A stretch of 37,833 nt of DNA from Acidobacteriota bacterium (lineage in GTDB: Bacteria > Acidobacteriota > Vicinamibacteria > Vicinamibacterales > 2-12-FULL-66-21). The stretch is from positions 1 to 37,833 of the forward strand of contig JANNHC010000205.1 in assembly GCA_031404215.1 (NCBI GenBank), in the 5' to 3' direction. This document shows, in pieces, positions 36,436 to 37,833 of this stretch (its first letter is position 1; each line of letters starts with the position of its first letter). A model generated the notes under the pieces. It saw only the letters and a list, made by a program, of their open reading frames with translations. It was not told the DNA's origin and made no database searches. The position numbers were made by a program, and so were the translations under genes.

Positions 36436-37635
36436 ATGTCCCCCCTGCATATCTACGATCGCCGCGAGCGGGCGCTCGTGGCCGCCGCCGATCGCCTGTT
36501 CGGGCTGACGGCTGCGGTCACGCGGCCCTTCCGCAGCCGCCACCAGGCGGCCTCGCCGCGGCGCATTCTCCTGCTGCGCCTCGAGCGGATTGGCGACCTC
36601 CTCATGGCGCTGCCCGCCATTGCTGACGTGCGGGCGCTGGCGCCGGATGCCGGGATTGATCTGGTTGTGGGCAGCTGGAATGCGGATCTCGCGCGCGCGA
36701 TTGATCCGGTCACGCGCGTTCAGGTGCTCGACGCCGAGTGGCTGGCGCGCGAGGGCGGGGGCCTTGGACTGCCCGCGCTCGCCCGCGCGGCCCGGCAATG
36801 GCGCGGGGCACGGTACGATCTGGCGATCAACTTCGAGCCGGACGTCCGGAGCAACCTGCTCATCGCGATGTCGGGGGCAGCGTGGACGGCCGGATATCGG
36901 AGTAGCGGCGGGGGCGCGCTGCTCGATGTTGCGCTCGACTACGACACGCAGGCACACACGACAGATAACGCACGGCGTCTCGTGGCCACAATCTTCGGCC
37001 GCACGCCACCCGCCGGCTCCGGGCCGGCACTCAGCGTGCCGGCCGAGGCGCATCAGAGGGCGTCCCGCATGCTGGGCGATCCGCGAGGACCGCTCGTGGG
37101 CGTACACGCGAGCGGCGGACGTGCGATCAAGCAATGGGAGCCCGATCGCTTCGCCGAAGTGGCGCACCGGTTGATCGCCACAACCGGCGCCACGATCGTG
37201 CTATCGGGCTCCGCAGGCGACCGCGCGCTGGTAGACCGCGTGAAACAGGCGCTGCCGGCGGCACACGTCATCGATGTCGCGGGCGAGTTGGATCTGCCAA
37301 CGCTTGCGAGTGTCCTCGAACGTCTCGACCTGCTCATCACCGGCGATACGGGACCCATGCATCTCGCGGCGGCGGTCGGTACACCCATCGTCGCCGTTTT
37401 CGGGCCGTCTGAGCCCGGTCGTTACCGGCCACGCGGCCCGCGCGACCGCGTCGTGCGCATCGACCTTCCCTGCAGTCCGTGCAATCGCATTCGGCGTCCG
37501 CCCGAACGCTGCGTCGGCCACACGCCGGACTGCCTCGCCTTCATCAGCGCGGACAGCGTGTTCGCGGCGGTACTTTCCGTCCTCGACGACTCCGGACGAC
37601 GAGGGGACATCCAGGCACGCACGTCCACAGCATGA
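36436..37635 (+). CDS. Glycosyltransferase family 9 (LPS heptosyltransferase-like)
   Basis: RILLLRLERIGDLLMALP, YDLAI, K.W....F, DTGPMHLAAAVGTP.VAVFGPS and PCSPC. Confidence 0.92.
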   Translation: MSPLHIYDRRERALVAAADRLFGLTAAVTRPFRSRHQAASPRRILLLRLERIGDLLMALPAIADVRALAPDAGIDLVVGSWNADLARAIDPVTRVQVLDAEWLAREGGGLGLPALARAARQWRGARYDLAINFEPDVRSNLLIAMSGAAWTAGYRSSGGGALLDVALDYDTQAHTTDNARRLVATIFGRTPPAGSGPALSVPAEAHQRASRMLGDPRGPLVGVHASGGRAIKQWEPDRFAEVAHRLIATTGATIVLSGSAGDRALVDRVKQALPAAHVIDVAGELDLPTLASVLERLDLLITGDTGPMHLAAAVGTPIVAVFGPSEPGRYRPRGPRDRVVRIDLPCSPCNRIRRPPERCVGHTPDCLAFISADSVFAAVLSVLDDSGRRGDIQARTSTA

Positions 37636-37833
37636 TGGACGACGTGCTGGTGGTGGACAGCGGTACGGGCGCGCGCCGGGTGCGGCTGCGCGACTATCTC
37701 GACGCGGACGCCGAAGAACGGGCCACCGTGTCCGAGCGCGAGTGGATCAAGCGCCTGCGTCACCTCTCCGTCGACGGCCAGCCGCTGCGACGGCGCTTCA
37801 CGCTTCGCGGCGACTCGCTCTGGTGGTTCGCGG
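37632..37833 (+). CDS. Truncated ORF (N-terminus only), probable surface-carbohydrate biosynthesis protein
   Basis: ATG 37632 overlaps the GT9 stop (ATGA). The frame stays open to the window end (MMDDVLVVDSG...WIKRLR...LRRRFTLRGDSLWWFA). Not in the ORF track because no stop is reached; the product is inferred from context. Confidence 0.65.
   Translation, partial: MMDDVLVVDSGTGARRVRLRDYLDADAEERATVSEREWIKRLRHLSVDGQPLRRRFTLRGDSLWWFA

Overview
High-GC bacterial chromosomal segment. Protein style and gene order suggest Acidobacteriota (Vicinamibacterales-like), which is an inference. The left half (minus strand, about 20.5 kb down to 26) is a division/cell-wall (dcw) cluster: mraZ-rsmH-ftsL-ftsI-murE-murF-mraY-murD-ftsW-murG-murC-ftsQ-ftsA-ftsZ, with no murB or ddl. 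It is followed by a radical SAM gene and pgeF. acpS and a small SpoVG-like gene sit on the opposite strand between those two. A TTGACA-N18-TACTAT promoter and three GTGGA MraZ-type boxes precede mraZ. The right half (plus strand) holds a divergent ychF-like ATPase and a >16 kb surface-glycan cluster that runs off the window: 2 GT4, 4 polyprenol-phosphate-type GT2, 2 GT-C membrane transferases, an atypical SDR plus a DegT aminotransferase, an SGNH+MBOAT O-acylation pair, a GT9 and a truncated ORF. The clearest non-genic structure is a 162-bp palindromic CTAG-flanked MITE inserted exactly at a stop/start overlap (24002-24167). Others are several short-tandem-repeat hairpins overlapping stop codons, pgeF/acpS start codons sharing one TCATGA palindrome, a sigma-54-type promoter before the SpoVG-like gene, and a nearly U-free CA-rich ftsZ leader. 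No rRNA, tRNA, CRISPR array or transposase was seen. All calls are by eye; no searches were run.
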